This document shows, piece by piece, positions 8,824-19,053 of a stretch of DNA of 64,000 nt; within the stretch, counting starts at the first letter, position 1; every line of letters starts with the position of its first letter. Origin of the DNA: Bdellovibrionales bacterium (GTDB lineage Bacteria > Bdellovibrionota > Bdellovibrionia > Bdellovibrionales > JAGQZY01). The position numbers and the translations under genes are program-made. Below the pieces are notes generated by a model. It saw only the letters and a program-made list of their open reading frames with translations. It was not told where the DNA came from and made no database searches. The stretch lies in NCBI GenBank assembly GCA_964230645.1, contig CAXRHT010000003.1, forward strand, positions 416,001 to 480,000. Direction: 5' to 3'.

Positions 8824-9861
8824 ATGGCAAGGCGAGCCTTTGATAAGGATTCTTTTTTAAACCAAGGTGCGGTTTTTGGACACGCAGACAAGTTTCATCT
8901 TTTCTGGGGAGAACCCTCTAATTCCTTAGAACGCCCACCAGAGCCCTGTCTTGCGGTATTAGATTTTTTTCAAAAAAATGTTCAGTGGAAAAGGTTTGAA
9001 AACTATTTAGAAGTGGATCGAGAACAGTTGCAGTCGTTTTTGAACAGTAAAATGCAACAATTCCAATGGCAAAGTTCAGGAAAACCACTCTTTCAACAGA
9101 TGTTTCAAGACACCAAAGAAGCGATTGCAAAAGGAGAGCTTGAAAAATTAGTCCCCTATACAATGGATCGAACCTCTACAGAGAAGAAAAGTTTTGAACT
9201 CGAATCAGCTCTTTCCCAGAGTCTTCAGTTTAACCAAGGCTTTCTCTACGGGCAGTGGAATGAATCTAAAGGTGTGCTTGGACTCACGCCTGAGATCTTG
9301 GTGAAAGAAGAAAAGGGAAATTTGGAAACAATGGCTCTGGCGGGAACCTGTGACAAAGAGACTTTTGAAAACAACCCGACTTCCTTTCTCAATGATCTGA
9401 AAGAGGCTAAAGAACACCAGAAGGTGGTGGATGAAATATCTCGTCGTCTCAAAGTATACGGAGACCTTCAGGTAGGGGAGAGGCAGACTCAGGAAACTCC
9501 CACCCTTGTTCACTTAAAAACTCCAATGCAGCTTGAAAACTTTCAGGGCAAAATTGAGGCGGTAGTTTGCGATTTACACCCGACTCCAGCCCTTGGGAGC
9601 TTTCCTCAAAAAGCGGGAATAAAATATTTGAAAAAGTGGGATGAGTTATTACCAAGGGGTGTTTTTGGTGCTCCTTTTGGCTTTTCTAAAAATCGAGAAG
9701 AATCCATCTTCCTTGTGGCCATACGAAATTTAATTTGGACGCCAAAGGATGTGAAAATCCTGTGTGGCTGTGGTGTTGTTGAAGAAAGTGATTTAGAAAA
9801 AGAATGGTTGGAATTAGAAAACAAGAAAAATTCTGTTAAAAAAATATTTGGAGTCCTATGA
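8824..9861 (+). CDS. menF: Isochorismate synthase (chorismate-binding family)
   Basis: GLTPE, ALAGT, KEAKEH, HLKT, LHPTPALG, VAIR, GCGVV; first gene of the men cluster; start uncertain (8806 or 8824). Confidence 0.85.
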   Translation: MARRAFDKDSFLNQGAVFGHADKFHLFWGEPSNSLERPPEPCLAVLDFFQKNVQWKRFENYLEVDREQLQSFLNSKMQQFQWQSSGKPLFQQMFQDTKEAIAKGELEKLVPYTMDRTSTEKKSFELESALSQSLQFNQGFLYGQWNESKGVLGLTPEILVKEEKGNLETMALAGTCDKETFENNPTSFLNDLKEAKEHQKVVDEISRRLKVYGDLQVGERQTQETPTLVHLKTPMQLENFQGKIEAVVCDLHPTPALGSFPQKAGIKYLKKWDELLPRGVFGAPFGFSKNREESIFLVAIRNLIWTPKDVKILCGCGVVEESDLEKEWLELENKKNSVKKIFGVL

Positions 9862-11390
9862 ATCATGAACTGGCACTGTCCATTCTGAAGCAACTCTCAT
9901 CGCAAGGAGTAAAAACCTTAGCCGTTTGCGCGGGCGCGAGAAATGCTCCCTTTATCCATATTCTAGAAAAAAGCGAGGGTTTTGAAGTTCTCTCTTTTTT
10001 TGATGAAAGGTCGGCTGCCTTTTTTGCCCTTGGACGAGCAAGAAGAGACGAGAGACCCGTAGCCGTACTCACAACCTCCGGGACAGCAGTATCTGAACTC
10101 TTGAGTGCGGGAATAGAAGCCTTTTATTCCAATGTGCCCCTGGTTTTGCTCACTTCCGATCGACCCAAAAGATTACGAGGCTCTGGTGCCCCTCAAACCA
10201 TCAAGCAAAAAGATATCTTTCAAAACTACGCGGAATTCATCTATGATCTCGATGTGCCTATGGACATTCGCTTAAGCCTTAGGCGTCCCACTCATATCAA
10301 CGTCTGCTTTGATGAGCCTTTAAAAACAAAGCACTCTCAAGAATTATATAAATTTGAAATTGAAAATGTAGAGAAGGAAACCCAAAGAAGTCTTTTTGAG
10401 AATGAAAGGGAAGACTTCGAAAAGAGCCTAGTGGTTGTCGGAAGTCTCACGCCATCAGAAAGAGAGGCTTTAAAGCCTTGGTTAGAAGTGCTCTCCGTTC
10501 CCGTTTTTTATGAAGTGAATTCAGGCCTGAAGAGTATGAATCAACCAAAGGACAATCAAATTCTTGGTGGAGAAAAAATGCTTAGCCAAATGCTCAGGTC
10601 GGGTGACATTGAGAATGTCATTAGAATCGGGGATGTACCACTGGGGCGCTACTGGCGTGACCTTGATCGATTGGAAATACCCACTTTGAGTATTAGTTCT
10701 AAACCTTTTAAGGGAACAGAGAAGTCTCGGTTGATTCATCAGAATCTCGAAGAGGTGGACATTGCAAAGTTTAATCTCAAGCCTTGGGATTTTCATTCTT
10801 GGCAGAAGGAATCTGCGGTTAAACAAAAAAAGATTGACCACCTTATGGATACATACCCCTTGAGTGAGGCGGCCTGGTTTCGCAAACTACTTTTCTGGAT
10901 TCCGGAGGGCCAAGCAATCTATGTTGGAAACAGCCTTCCTGTGAGACTCATAGACTTAGTGGGAGAGAGTTCTTGGGAATTTTCTGGAAACCGGGGAGCC
11001 AATGGTATTGATGGGCAGCTCTCCTCAGCCTTTGGTTGGTTTAAACCTGATACCATGAACACCCTTATCGCAGGAGACCTTACCACATTGTATGATTCCA
11101 ATGGGCTCTGGATGAGTGAGACCTTGAAAAGACAAAACACTTCAGTGAATCTCTTAGTGATCAATAATGGTGGAGGAAAAATATTCTCCAGAATTTTTGA
11201 GGAAAAACTTTTTCAAAACCGACATCAGCTTAACTTTTCTGCGATGGCTGATATGTGGGGTTGGAAATATCATGCTCTCAATCATGAAAGTGAGATCTGG
11301 CCTGAGGCGGGACTAAATTTACTGGAGTGTTGCCCGGATCAAGAGCAAGATCAGGAATTCTGGGAGGAGTACGATCAATTATGGCAGTAA
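9858..11390 (+). CDS. menD: SEPHCHC synthase
   Basis: DERSAAFFALG, TTSGTA, SDRP, NRGANGIDG, GDL, INNGGGKIF. Confidence 0.93.
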   Translation: MNHELALSILKQLSSQGVKTLAVCAGARNAPFIHILEKSEGFEVLSFFDERSAAFFALGRARRDERPVAVLTTSGTAVSELLSAGIEAFYSNVPLVLLTSDRPKRLRGSGAPQTIKQKDIFQNYAEFIYDLDVPMDIRLSLRRPTHINVCFDEPLKTKHSQELYKFEIENVEKETQRSLFENEREDFEKSLVVVGSLTPSEREALKPWLEVLSVPVFYEVNSGLKSMNQPKDNQILGGEKMLSQMLRSGDIENVIRIGDVPLGRYWRDLDRLEIPTLSISSKPFKGTEKSRLIHQNLEEVDIAKFNLKPWDFHSWQKESAVKQKKIDHLMDTYPLSEAAWFRKLLFWIPEGQAIYVGNSLPVRLIDLVGESSWEFSGNRGANGIDGQLSSAFGWFKPDTMNTLIAGDLTTLYDSNGLWMSETLKRQNTSVNLLVINNGGGKIFSRIFEEKLFQNRHQLNFSAMADMWGWKYHALNHESEIWPEAGLNLLECCPDQEQDQEFWEEYDQLWQ

Positions 11391-12082
11391 ACCATATTCA
11401 CTTTTTTCACGGATTTCTCGGTGAGCCAAAAGATTGGGAGGATGTGGTTAGAGGCTTAGATTTACAGGCCGAGATCCATTGCCACTCTTTACTGAGTGAT
11501 TTTAAAGGCCAAACCTTTTCCCAGTGGGCTCAAGCGAAAAAAAAAGAATATGACTTACTCGGTGGCCGTCATTTTTTTGTGGGGTATTCTCTTGGTGGTC
11601 GGCTCTTAATGCATCTGGATCTTGAACCCTCAAACAAAGTTTTACTCATTGGAAGTCATCCTGGATTGATTGAGGGACATGAAAAGCGTCTTTTGAGCGA
11701 TCAGAGTTGGATTGAAAAAAGTCATCAAATATCCAAAGAGGACTGGCTTGAACAATGGAACGGACAAGAGGTTTTCCAAAAGGATCAAATTCGTCCGAAA
11801 AGGAGTTTCAGTAACGAAAGTTTTCTCACTTGGATGAAGATTTTGTCTCAGTGGAGTTTGGCCAAACAAGAGCGCAGAGACGCTTGGCTGAAAGAACACG
11901 CCTCACAAGTTTACTGGTGCTGTGGGGAGAACGATAAGAAATTTGAAGAATTGAAAAAAAAGAGACTTCAGCCTATTTTGCCACAAGACCATTTGTTTTC
12001 GCTACCCGGGGCCGGGCATGGTGTGATCTTTGATGCCCCCGGTGGGGTGGCTCGTCTTATTAATAAGGTTTTTTTGAAATGA
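11381..12082 (+). CDS. menH: SHCHC synthase (alpha/beta hydrolase)
   Basis: HGFLG, GYSLGGR, GENDKKF, AGH; ATG 11381 with GGAGGAG RBS. Confidence 0.87.
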   Translation: MAVNHIHFFHGFLGEPKDWEDVVRGLDLQAEIHCHSLLSDFKGQTFSQWAQAKKKEYDLLGGRHFFVGYSLGGRLLMHLDLEPSNKVLLIGSHPGLIEGHEKRLLSDQSWIEKSHQISKEDWLEQWNGQEVFQKDQIRPKRSFSNESFLTWMKILSQWSLAKQERRDAWLKEHASQVYWCCGENDKKFEELKKKRLQPILPQDHLFSLPGAGHGVIFDAPGGVARLINKVFLK

Positions 12083-12957
12083 AATCATTTTATTCCTGGT
12101 TACTAGCTTTTCGCTTTAAAACTCTCACTGCCGCGTTTGTTCCGGTTCTAGTGGCCACCGGTCTTGTTTACGGACAGAACACCGAGCTTGAATGGTGGAT
12201 CAGCACTTACGCACTTTTAGCCGCTTTTTGTATTCAAATTGCCACCAATTTATTTAATGATGCGATCGATTTTAAAAAAGGAGCGGACACTGAATCTCGT
12301 ATTGGTCCCAGACGGGTGACTCAGTCAGGACTCCTTAAAGAAACCCAAGTTTGGGGTATGGCTTTGGTCTTTGTCGCTCTTGCTTTGTTTTTTGGGTATT
12401 TCCTCGTTGTGCAAGGAGGTTGGCCGATTGTGATTCTGGGGTTGCTCTCATTATTTCTAGCTTATGGTTACACAGGAGGGCCCTACCCCCTGGCATATTT
12501 AGGATTGGGCGATCTTTTTGTGATTTTGTTTTTTGGTTTGTTTGCGGTGGTCGGTACCTTTTATCTTCATACCCTTGAGGTCAATGGAGCCGCACTTGTA
12601 GCAGGGATTCAAATGGGATTTCTTTCCACGACTTTGATTGCGATAAATAATCTTCGGGATAGCGAAGGGGATAGTATTGTTGGTAAAAAAACACTGGCTG
12701 TGCGTTTCGGTGATTTGTTTGTTAAGTGGGAAGTTTTAGTTCTTGTGGCTCTAAGCTATCTTTTAAATCTCTACTTCCTAGTGGCTTACAATAAACTTTA
12801 CGTCTTACTGACCTTTGCCTTATTGCCGCTGGCTGGTTTTTTGGTGGGCTTTGTCTTCTCGGTAAAGAAAAAAATGCATCTTAATAAAGCCCTGGGGTTA
12901 GCCGCCCTCCACCAAGTTCTTTTTGCTCTTGTTTTTACTCTCGGGGTGGTTCTTTAA
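12079..12957 (+). CDS. menA: 1,4-dihydroxy-2-naphthoate polyprenyltransferase
   Basis: NLFNDAIDFKKGAD, YTGGPYPLAYLGLGD, NNLRD, GKKTLAVRFG. Confidence 0.94.
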   Translation: MKSFYSWLLAFRFKTLTAAFVPVLVATGLVYGQNTELEWWISTYALLAAFCIQIATNLFNDAIDFKKGADTESRIGPRRVTQSGLLKETQVWGMALVFVALALFFGYFLVVQGGWPIVILGLLSLFLAYGYTGGPYPLAYLGLGDLFVILFFGLFAVVGTFYLHTLEVNGAALVAGIQMGFLSTTLIAINNLRDSEGDSIVGKKTLAVRFGDLFVKWEVLVLVALSYLLNLYFLVAYNKLYVLLTFALLPLAGFLVGFVFSVKKKMHLNKALGLAALHQVLFALVFTLGVVL

Positions 12958-13851
12958 ATGAAATATTCCCTTAGCCCCTACGAATTAAAAGTAAGACAAT
13001 CCGATGTCGTGAAGAAGGGCTACCTATTAAGAGTAGAAGGGCCCTCGGGGGCCTTTGGTTACTCTGATCTTTTCCCATGGCCAGAGTTTGGAGACCCCGA
13101 GTGCGCTGAGATACCAAAACTTCTTGCAAAAAAGACAAGTGGCTATGCCTTAATCGAACGAGCTTTAGAGAGAGCCGAGTTGGATTTAAAGGCCAGAGAC
13201 GGGGGAGTGGATTTAACAGCAAAATTGAAGTTCCAAAATCATTTCCTTCTTTCTAGCACAAGGTCCTTGAACGATATTGAAAAGGCTTTAGAGCAAGGCT
13301 TTGTGAAGTTTAAACTCAAATGCGGAAGAGATTTGAGTCGTGAACTAGAATTTCTAGAACAAATAAAGCAGTCTTTTGAAAAAGACGTTCTTCTTCGCTT
13401 AGACTTCAATGGACGACTTAAAAAAGAAGAGGAATCTCTTTTCTGGCCTTATTTAGAGATGCTTGATTTTGTGGAAGATCCCTATAGAGATTCCAAAGAG
13501 TGGCGGAATTCTAAATTTCCACTGGCCTTTGATCACCCAGGGTTTGAATCCAGTAAAGTGAATTATCAGTGGCTAATCATAAAACCGGCTAAGCAAAACC
13601 CTCCCAAGGGTGAAAAAAATCTTATTTTCACAAGCTACTTAGGTCATCCTGTAGGCATGGCTCATGACAGCTATCAAGCCTCGCTTGCGGGAGAACCAGT
13701 GGCGGAATATGGATTAATGTCGGATGGATTTTATGAGCCCACAGTTTTTAGCGAGGCGTTGATTAAAAAAGGACCGGAACTTGGTTTTGTAGGTGGTCTT
13801 GGGATTGGTTTTGACAAACTTCTTGAGGAGCAAGAGTGGAAACCTCTTTGA
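12958..13851 (+). CDS. menC: o-succinylbenzoate synthase
   Basis: PWPEFGD, KFKLK, LRLDFN, FVEDP enolase-superfamily motifs; men operon position. Confidence 0.85.
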   Translation: MKYSLSPYELKVRQSDVVKKGYLLRVEGPSGAFGYSDLFPWPEFGDPECAEIPKLLAKKTSGYALIERALERAELDLKARDGGVDLTAKLKFQNHFLLSSTRSLNDIEKALEQGFVKFKLKCGRDLSRELEFLEQIKQSFEKDVLLRLDFNGRLKKEEESLFWPYLEMLDFVEDPYRDSKEWRNSKFPLAFDHPGFESSKVNYQWLIIKPAKQNPPKGEKNLIFTSYLGHPVGMAHDSYQASLAGEPVAEYGLMSDGFYEPTVFSEALIKKGPELGFVGGLGIGFDKLLEEQEWKPL

Positions 13852-14972
13852 GTGAAAATAAAAAATTTTGGGATTCGGAAGCCAGTTCTTTATTGATAAA
13901 TCCGCGCTTCGCAATCCAGGAAAAAGAACTCTTGGCTCGGGCTGTTGAAAAATACGATGAAAAAGGCCGAATATGGCTAAGAAGCTCTGGAACCGAGTCC
14001 TCTGGAAAAGGTATTAAGCTTGTGGCTTTAAAAAAGTCAGCTATCTTAAAGGCCGCTAAATCGGTGAATGACTTTTTTGGACTCTCGGAAAAAGATGTAT
14101 GGCTTTGCGGTCTTCCCATTTTCCATATCGGTGGACTCTCGATTTACGCCAGAGCTTCTTTATCAAAGTGCCTAGTGGTTAGGCTTAAATCCTGGAATGT
14201 TGAGAGCTTTGAAAAATTGATTAAAAACGAAAAGGTGACGGTTTGTTCGTTGGTGCCCACACAGGTCTTCGATCTTGTTAACGCTAAAATAGCGGCTCCC
14301 AAAAATATGAAGCTAGTCATTGTTGGCGGCGGAGCTTTAAATTCGGATCTTTTAGAAAAAGCCAGTGAGCTCGGTTGGCCAATAGCAGTGAGTTACGGAA
14401 TGACGGAAACCAGTGCATTGATGGCCGCCACGAACCCTAAAAATATAAAAACACCAATGGCTACGAAAATGGAACTTCTCCCACATGTAGAACTTCATCC
14501 GGCCGCTGAAAAATGGGCTATTGAAAGTGAATCACTCTTTGATGCCTATTTATGGGTGAGTCAAGAGGAAGCCAAATACGAGCCTCGTCCAGAACCTTTT
14601 GTCCTCGACGATCACCTGCAAGTAGAGAGCCGAGAAATAAAAGTTCTCGGACGCGAATCCGAGATTGTAAAAATTCTTGGTGAGACTGTGAACCTTAACG
14701 AATTAAAAGAGAAAATTTCTCCCTTTTATAAAAAACCATTCTTTATCCAGCCAATAGGTGATTCTCGCCGGGGATTCAGGCTTGAGGTTTATGTAGAGGA
14801 AAGCTTAGATGGGAGATTTGTTGACCTTGAAGTCATTAATCAAAGGCTAATGCCCTATGAGAGAGTAAGTAAACTTAGGTTTGTTGATCAGTTCGTGCGT
14901 ACAAGTCTCGGGAAGATAAACAAACCCGAGACCATACGGAAAATTAAAAGATTAAAAGAAGATATAAATTAG
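13836..14972 (+). CDS. menE: o-succinylbenzoate-CoA ligase
   Basis: SSGT, LPIFHIGG, SLVPTQ, GGG, SYGMTET, LGK. Confidence 0.88.
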   Translation: METSLSENKKFWDSEASSLLINPRFAIQEKELLARAVEKYDEKGRIWLRSSGTESSGKGIKLVALKKSAILKAAKSVNDFFGLSEKDVWLCGLPIFHIGGLSIYARASLSKCLVVRLKSWNVESFEKLIKNEKVTVCSLVPTQVFDLVNAKIAAPKNMKLVIVGGGALNSDLLEKASELGWPIAVSYGMTETSALMAATNPKNIKTPMATKMELLPHVELHPAAEKWAIESESLFDAYLWVSQEEAKYEPRPEPFVLDDHLQVESREIKVLGRESEIVKILGETVNLNELKEKISPFYKKPFFIQPIGDSRRGFRLEVYVEESLDGRFVDLEVINQRLMPYERVSKLRFVDQFVRTSLGKINKPETIRKIKRLKEDIN

Positions 14973-15118
14973 CCACGGAAATAAGATTTTGAAACCTGAG
15001 CTTTAAAGTGTTTTTCGTAGTCTTCAGGGCTTTCATCTTGTACGCGGTAGCTGTCGGCGAGTTCTTCTTTTTTTAGATTTTTTTTGTGCTTGAAGCGTCT
15101 TGTTTTTATAGACTCCAT
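14969..15118 (-). CDS. Small basic hypothetical protein (49 aa)
   Basis: AAGGAGG RBS before ATG 15118 (MESIKTRRFKHKK...). Confidence 0.5.
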   Translation of the reverse strand: MESIKTRRFKHKKNLKKEELADSYRVQDESPEDYEKHFKAQVSKSYFRG

Positions 15119-15264
15119 AAGAGCCTCCTTTTTCAAAGGGACCATACCCTTAGAGATCACTATAATTAATGAGTGGTCATAAAGCCCACTTCTATTATGG
15201 ATATTCGGTGCAAAGATCTCCACAACAGAGAAGCCAATACCATCCAGTTGAATTTATAGGGGTT

Positions 15265-16077
15265 TTAGTAAGGGCTTGGTTTGAAGCGGATTCTTTCTAG
15301 AGGTTGTCCAACTGAAATTGTACCTGTTCCCTGGTGGATGAGATTCTGGCCAAAAACCATTTTTCCATCTTTCCGCCGGTAGGATTTTAAAGTCTGGCTC
15401 ACTTCTTTATCTTCCTTTCCTGTGGTTGGGTCAATGTCGATCACCTTACAGCGACTGCAGGCTTTCACCGGTAAAAAGGGAATCTCGTTGATTTCAAAAG
15501 ACTCCCAATTGTCTTCAGCATCCGGGTGTTCCGTACCAATCACTATGTTGGGACGAAAGCGATCCATAGAAATGGGGGAGGAGAGTTTTTTATTAAGGAC
15601 CTCAAGTGTGGTTCGGTTGGTTAGAAGAAAAGGATAGCCGTCAGAGAAATGCATGGGAGTTTTGGGTCCATGGTTCCCAGAAGTTTCTCTAAGCCCCCCT
15701 TCATGGGAAAAAACAAAATGAACATTTTCTTTGAGGTAATCACTGGCCCACTGATCATAGGTTTCCCCCAGTCTTAGAGCCTTGGCGCTTTTTCCGAAAA
15801 CGGAAACCTCTATGGTTTCTGTCATAAGAAGATCAATAGGAATTTCCAAATCTTTTTGTCCCCCAGCTGATAGGATTAAGGCCTCTTTTGTGAGCGTGGG
15901 TTGAATTTGTCCAAGGTTGGGATGAGTTCTTTGGCTTAAGAACTGACCATTGGATTTTACAAGCATCCACTGACGATCGAAGCGAGGACCTGACTGGGTG
16001 ATCTCCATTTCTTTTAAACGGATGGGTTTTGCCGACTTTAACGGGTAAATATTAAGCTGCCTAATAACTGGGATCAT
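15265..16077 (-). CDS. MOSC-domain protein (YcbX/mARC-like)
   Basis: IYPLKS, FDRQW, FSDGYP, RFRPNIV, CSRC, FGQN. Confidence 0.92.
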   Translation of the reverse strand: MIPVIRQLNIYPLKSAKPIRLKEMEITQSGPRFDRQWMLVKSNGQFLSQRTHPNLGQIQPTLTKEALILSAGGQKDLEIPIDLLMTETIEVSVFGKSAKALRLGETYDQWASDYLKENVHFVFSHEGGLRETSGNHGPKTPMHFSDGYPFLLTNRTTLEVLNKKLSSPISMDRFRPNIVIGTEHPDAEDNWESFEINEIPFLPVKACSRCKVIDIDPTTGKEDKEVSQTLKSYRRKDGKMVFGQNLIHQGTGTISVGQPLERIRFKPSPY

Positions 16078-16203
16078 GCAAATTGTTTATTGATTTCTTT
16101 ACCTTGGGTCAATCAATCAGTAGTATTTGGAGTACGAATTTTCGTGATCCTCAGGAGCTAGGACGGCTCCTACCATCTCAATAGACCTGCGGAGCATAAG
16201 GAA

Positions 16204-18789
16204 ATGACACTCAAATTAGCAATTGTTCATCTGGATATGGTTGTGAAAACTCTCGAACTCGAACCCGGAGAGTACTCACTGGGTCGTTCCAGTGAGAACA
16301 ATATTGTGGTGCAGCATTTCTCGCTCGAGCCCAAACACGGAACTCTCTTTTTTAAAGATGAGGTTTGGTTTTATAGAGACGCTCAAGGAAAAACGGAAAG
16401 ACTAAAAGATGATGCTGTGATCTCACTAAGTTCTCATATGAGTTTAACCACTCAAGAGTATGTGGAAAGTGGGGAAACAAAGTTTAGCGATTTTTCCACT
16501 CTTCGAGAAAAGCGTCAGGACATTGTGCAAAAAAGAATGCTTTTGGCCAGTGGACTTATCTTCTGTCTTTTATTTCTTACCGTGGGTGGATATTTCGCGT
16601 TTAGACAAGAGCCTGAAAACTTGCAACAGAATCAACTTCTCACTCAAGTCCGATCAAAAATTGTGGAGTTTGAAACGATTCGAGAGCAAAGACCCATTGA
16701 AGATCTTAAGAAGTATGGTGGCCTCACCGACGATGACTTTAAAGAGAGCAGTGGTTTTTGCACAGGATTTCTCGTGGGTCCAAATATTGTCTTAACCGCG
16801 GCCCACTGTTTGCTCGGCCGCTACGTTATTGACATCAACAACGATTTTTATCTTAAAACCTCCGATGGCAAACAGCACAAGATCGAAAAAGTCTTAGGGT
16901 TCGATGTGAAAAGAGACTTCCTTTATTTAAAAACCGAAGGCATGGAATCCTACGGTCACTTGGATTTTGCTGCAGACTATCGCATCGAACAGAAAATTTA
17001 CACTGTCGGAAATGTGCACGGAGAAGGGATCGCCATTCGCGATGGGATTATTTCCAGTGAATCCGCAGATCCCGACGAGCCTGATGTGAAATTCATTCGT
17101 TACAGTGCTGGCACAAGCCCTGGTAATAGCGGAGGCCCTCTACTTAACAGTCGTGGCGAAGTGGTGGCTCTTGTTTTTGCTTCGACCTATTCGGAGAACT
17201 TTAATCTCGGGACGCCGGCTGAGGACTTGGTTAAAGCTTATGACAAGTTTGTGAACGAAGAGGAAAAAGAGCATTCCGTTGAGATTGCGATCAAAAGACT
17301 CCTTAATTTTAAACCCTCAGTGATGTTGCAGGCTCTTGCTCTTCCTTACTTGCCACAATTTGACGATTACCCAGAGATTTCCCAGGCATTTTCGGAAGTA
17401 AAAATCGAAGTTCCCGTACCCATAGATTTTAACAACGTCGATGAGGCGATATTAAATCCACTCAATAAAGCCATGATAAAAACTTTTTATGAAGTTCAGG
17501 ATATCCTGCGTACAAAAGATGAAATTGTTTTGGATTGGACTTCATTTGTCACCGATAAAACCCCTGCGATTTTACCCTCTCAATTTGACGCCAGCCAAAG
17601 TGTGTTCACAAAAATAGGGGATCGTTACTTCCCCCATGTTGCGGGCCTTATCGATAGCCCCTCCAAAGCCGACTACCTAAAGTACCGCGAGGAGCTTAAA
17701 GAAGAGGATAAATTCGATTTTCAATCCTATGGGTACAATATTGAAATCTCAGGGGAGAAATATGATCTTCTTCCCTCTGATGTTTTTTATAAGCCTGATG
17801 AAAAGCCCGGCACAAGACTGCGGTTACAAAACCTCTCTTTCGGAGTGCCTTACTCACAGCTTTTAATCTTTGAAGATGGGGATTTGCGCACAGAGGGCTT
17901 CTTTAGTCTCAAGCTTTTTATGAAAAACTTCCTTGGAAAATCAGGAGTGCTTGCCAACTCGGCCTCTCGCTTCGTTAGACCCCTCTCGGTCAAAGATTTT
18001 ACGATCCGAGAGTTTGACTTCAAAAACGAGGATATCCAAAAAGCGACTGTAGAAGATCGCTTAGGGAGAACCTGGGAGAGAAGTCGTGTAAAGATTTTTG
18101 AATCGATTAACATACTGACCTATTGCACAGACCTGCCAGAGGGTGTGTTTTGTATTGGCCGTGCCTTGAACGTGCACAACAACCATTTGTTAACAATAAT
18201 TGAAAACAATTTTAGGAAATTCGTTCTCTCTCATCTCCTAATTAACCCCTTCTTTTGGGAGACGGACGACCTAATTGGTTTTTTAAATTCTAATAAAGAA
18301 AAGAACATGAAGCTGATGGAAGGTGTGAGCCTTACCAAAAAGGACGGAAAGCTTGTGGCCTCATTAAAAAACTTTCCATTGGAGTTTAGTGTGCCAGAGG
18401 CTGAGAAAATTCAGTCCGTTCGTTTACAAACGGGCCTTGTTGGAAATTCTGAGAAAGCCGACTGGGCGGGTTACGGCATGGAGTGGGTGCAGCTTGGCGA
18501 CGATAAGGATCTTGTTTGCGGAGCGGGCCTTGAGGTGTTTGAAAGTCAGTCCTCCTGGATTCTTAATTACCTAAGGGATCGCAAGAAACAGGAAAAACTA
18601 AAGAAAATAAAAGGTGAGGACCCTAAGCCTTTACCGGGAATTTGGTACAAGCCTTTTCGAGGTCTTGATACGCCTTTTCAAATCTACGGATATTGCGCGC
18701 CGCTCGAAGAAGATCCTCGTGTGTCAGATCAGTATTTTGTGGATTTTAAAAACGCTAAGCCACTGCGTCCTAAATATAAACTGCGCTAA
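16204..18789 (+). CDS. FHA domain, TM helix and trypsin-like serine protease with long C-terminal region
   Basis: LGRSSENNIV..H FHA-like start; TM segment at about aa 112-133; GFLV..LTAAHC, RDF, PGNSGGP triad. Confidence 0.85.
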   Translation: MTLKLAIVHLDMVVKTLELEPGEYSLGRSSENNIVVQHFSLEPKHGTLFFKDEVWFYRDAQGKTERLKDDAVISLSSHMSLTTQEYVESGETKFSDFSTLREKRQDIVQKRMLLASGLIFCLLFLTVGGYFAFRQEPENLQQNQLLTQVRSKIVEFETIREQRPIEDLKKYGGLTDDDFKESSGFCTGFLVGPNIVLTAAHCLLGRYVIDINNDFYLKTSDGKQHKIEKVLGFDVKRDFLYLKTEGMESYGHLDFAADYRIEQKIYTVGNVHGEGIAIRDGIISSESADPDEPDVKFIRYSAGTSPGNSGGPLLNSRGEVVALVFASTYSENFNLGTPAEDLVKAYDKFVNEEEKEHSVEIAIKRLLNFKPSVMLQALALPYLPQFDDYPEISQAFSEVKIEVPVPIDFNNVDEAILNPLNKAMIKTFYEVQDILRTKDEIVLDWTSFVTDKTPAILPSQFDASQSVFTKIGDRYFPHVAGLIDSPSKADYLKYREELKEEDKFDFQSYGYNIEISGEKYDLLPSDVFYKPDEKPGTRLRLQNLSFGVPYSQLLIFEDGDLRTEGFFSLKLFMKNFLGKSGVLANSASRFVRPLSVKDFTIREFDFKNEDIQKATVEDRLGRTWERSRVKIFESINILTYCTDLPEGVFCIGRALNVHNNHLLTIIENNFRKFVLSHLLINPFFWETDDLIGFLNSNKEKNMKLMEGVSLTKKDGKLVASLKNFPLEFSVPEAEKIQSVRLQTGLVGNSEKADWAGYGMEWVQLGDDKDLVCGAGLEVFESQSSWILNYLRDRKKQEKLKKIKGEDPKPLPGIWYKPFRGLDTPFQIYGYCAPLEEDPRVSDQYFVDFKNAKPLRPKYKLR

Positions 18790-18801
18790 ATGCCACACAA
18801 G

Positions 18802-18940
18802 AGTCATCCTGAGCGGTACCCCTCTGTCATCCTGAGCGGAGCGAAGGATCTTAGGTCTTTCGCTTCGCTCAAGACGACATAGCTAAATCCCAAGGCGACA
18901 TAACTAACTCCTCAAGACGACAAAGCTGACAAAGACGACA
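18802..18940. repeat. REP-like palindrome with tandem tails (copy 3)
   Basis: TGTCATCCTGAGCGGAGCGAAGGATCT-T-AGGTCTTTCGCTTCGCTCAAGACGACA from 18825, partial arm at 18802, three trailing AAGRCGACA units. Confidence 0.9.
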
Positions 18941-19053
18941 TATCCGAACCCAGAGCCAAAAAATCCACCGAACGGCAGTGAATCTTGTGTTGAATTTGGG
19001 AGCAGGGCTATCTATAACTGAGTTTCAGCCATTTAACACATGAGGAGAGGTCT

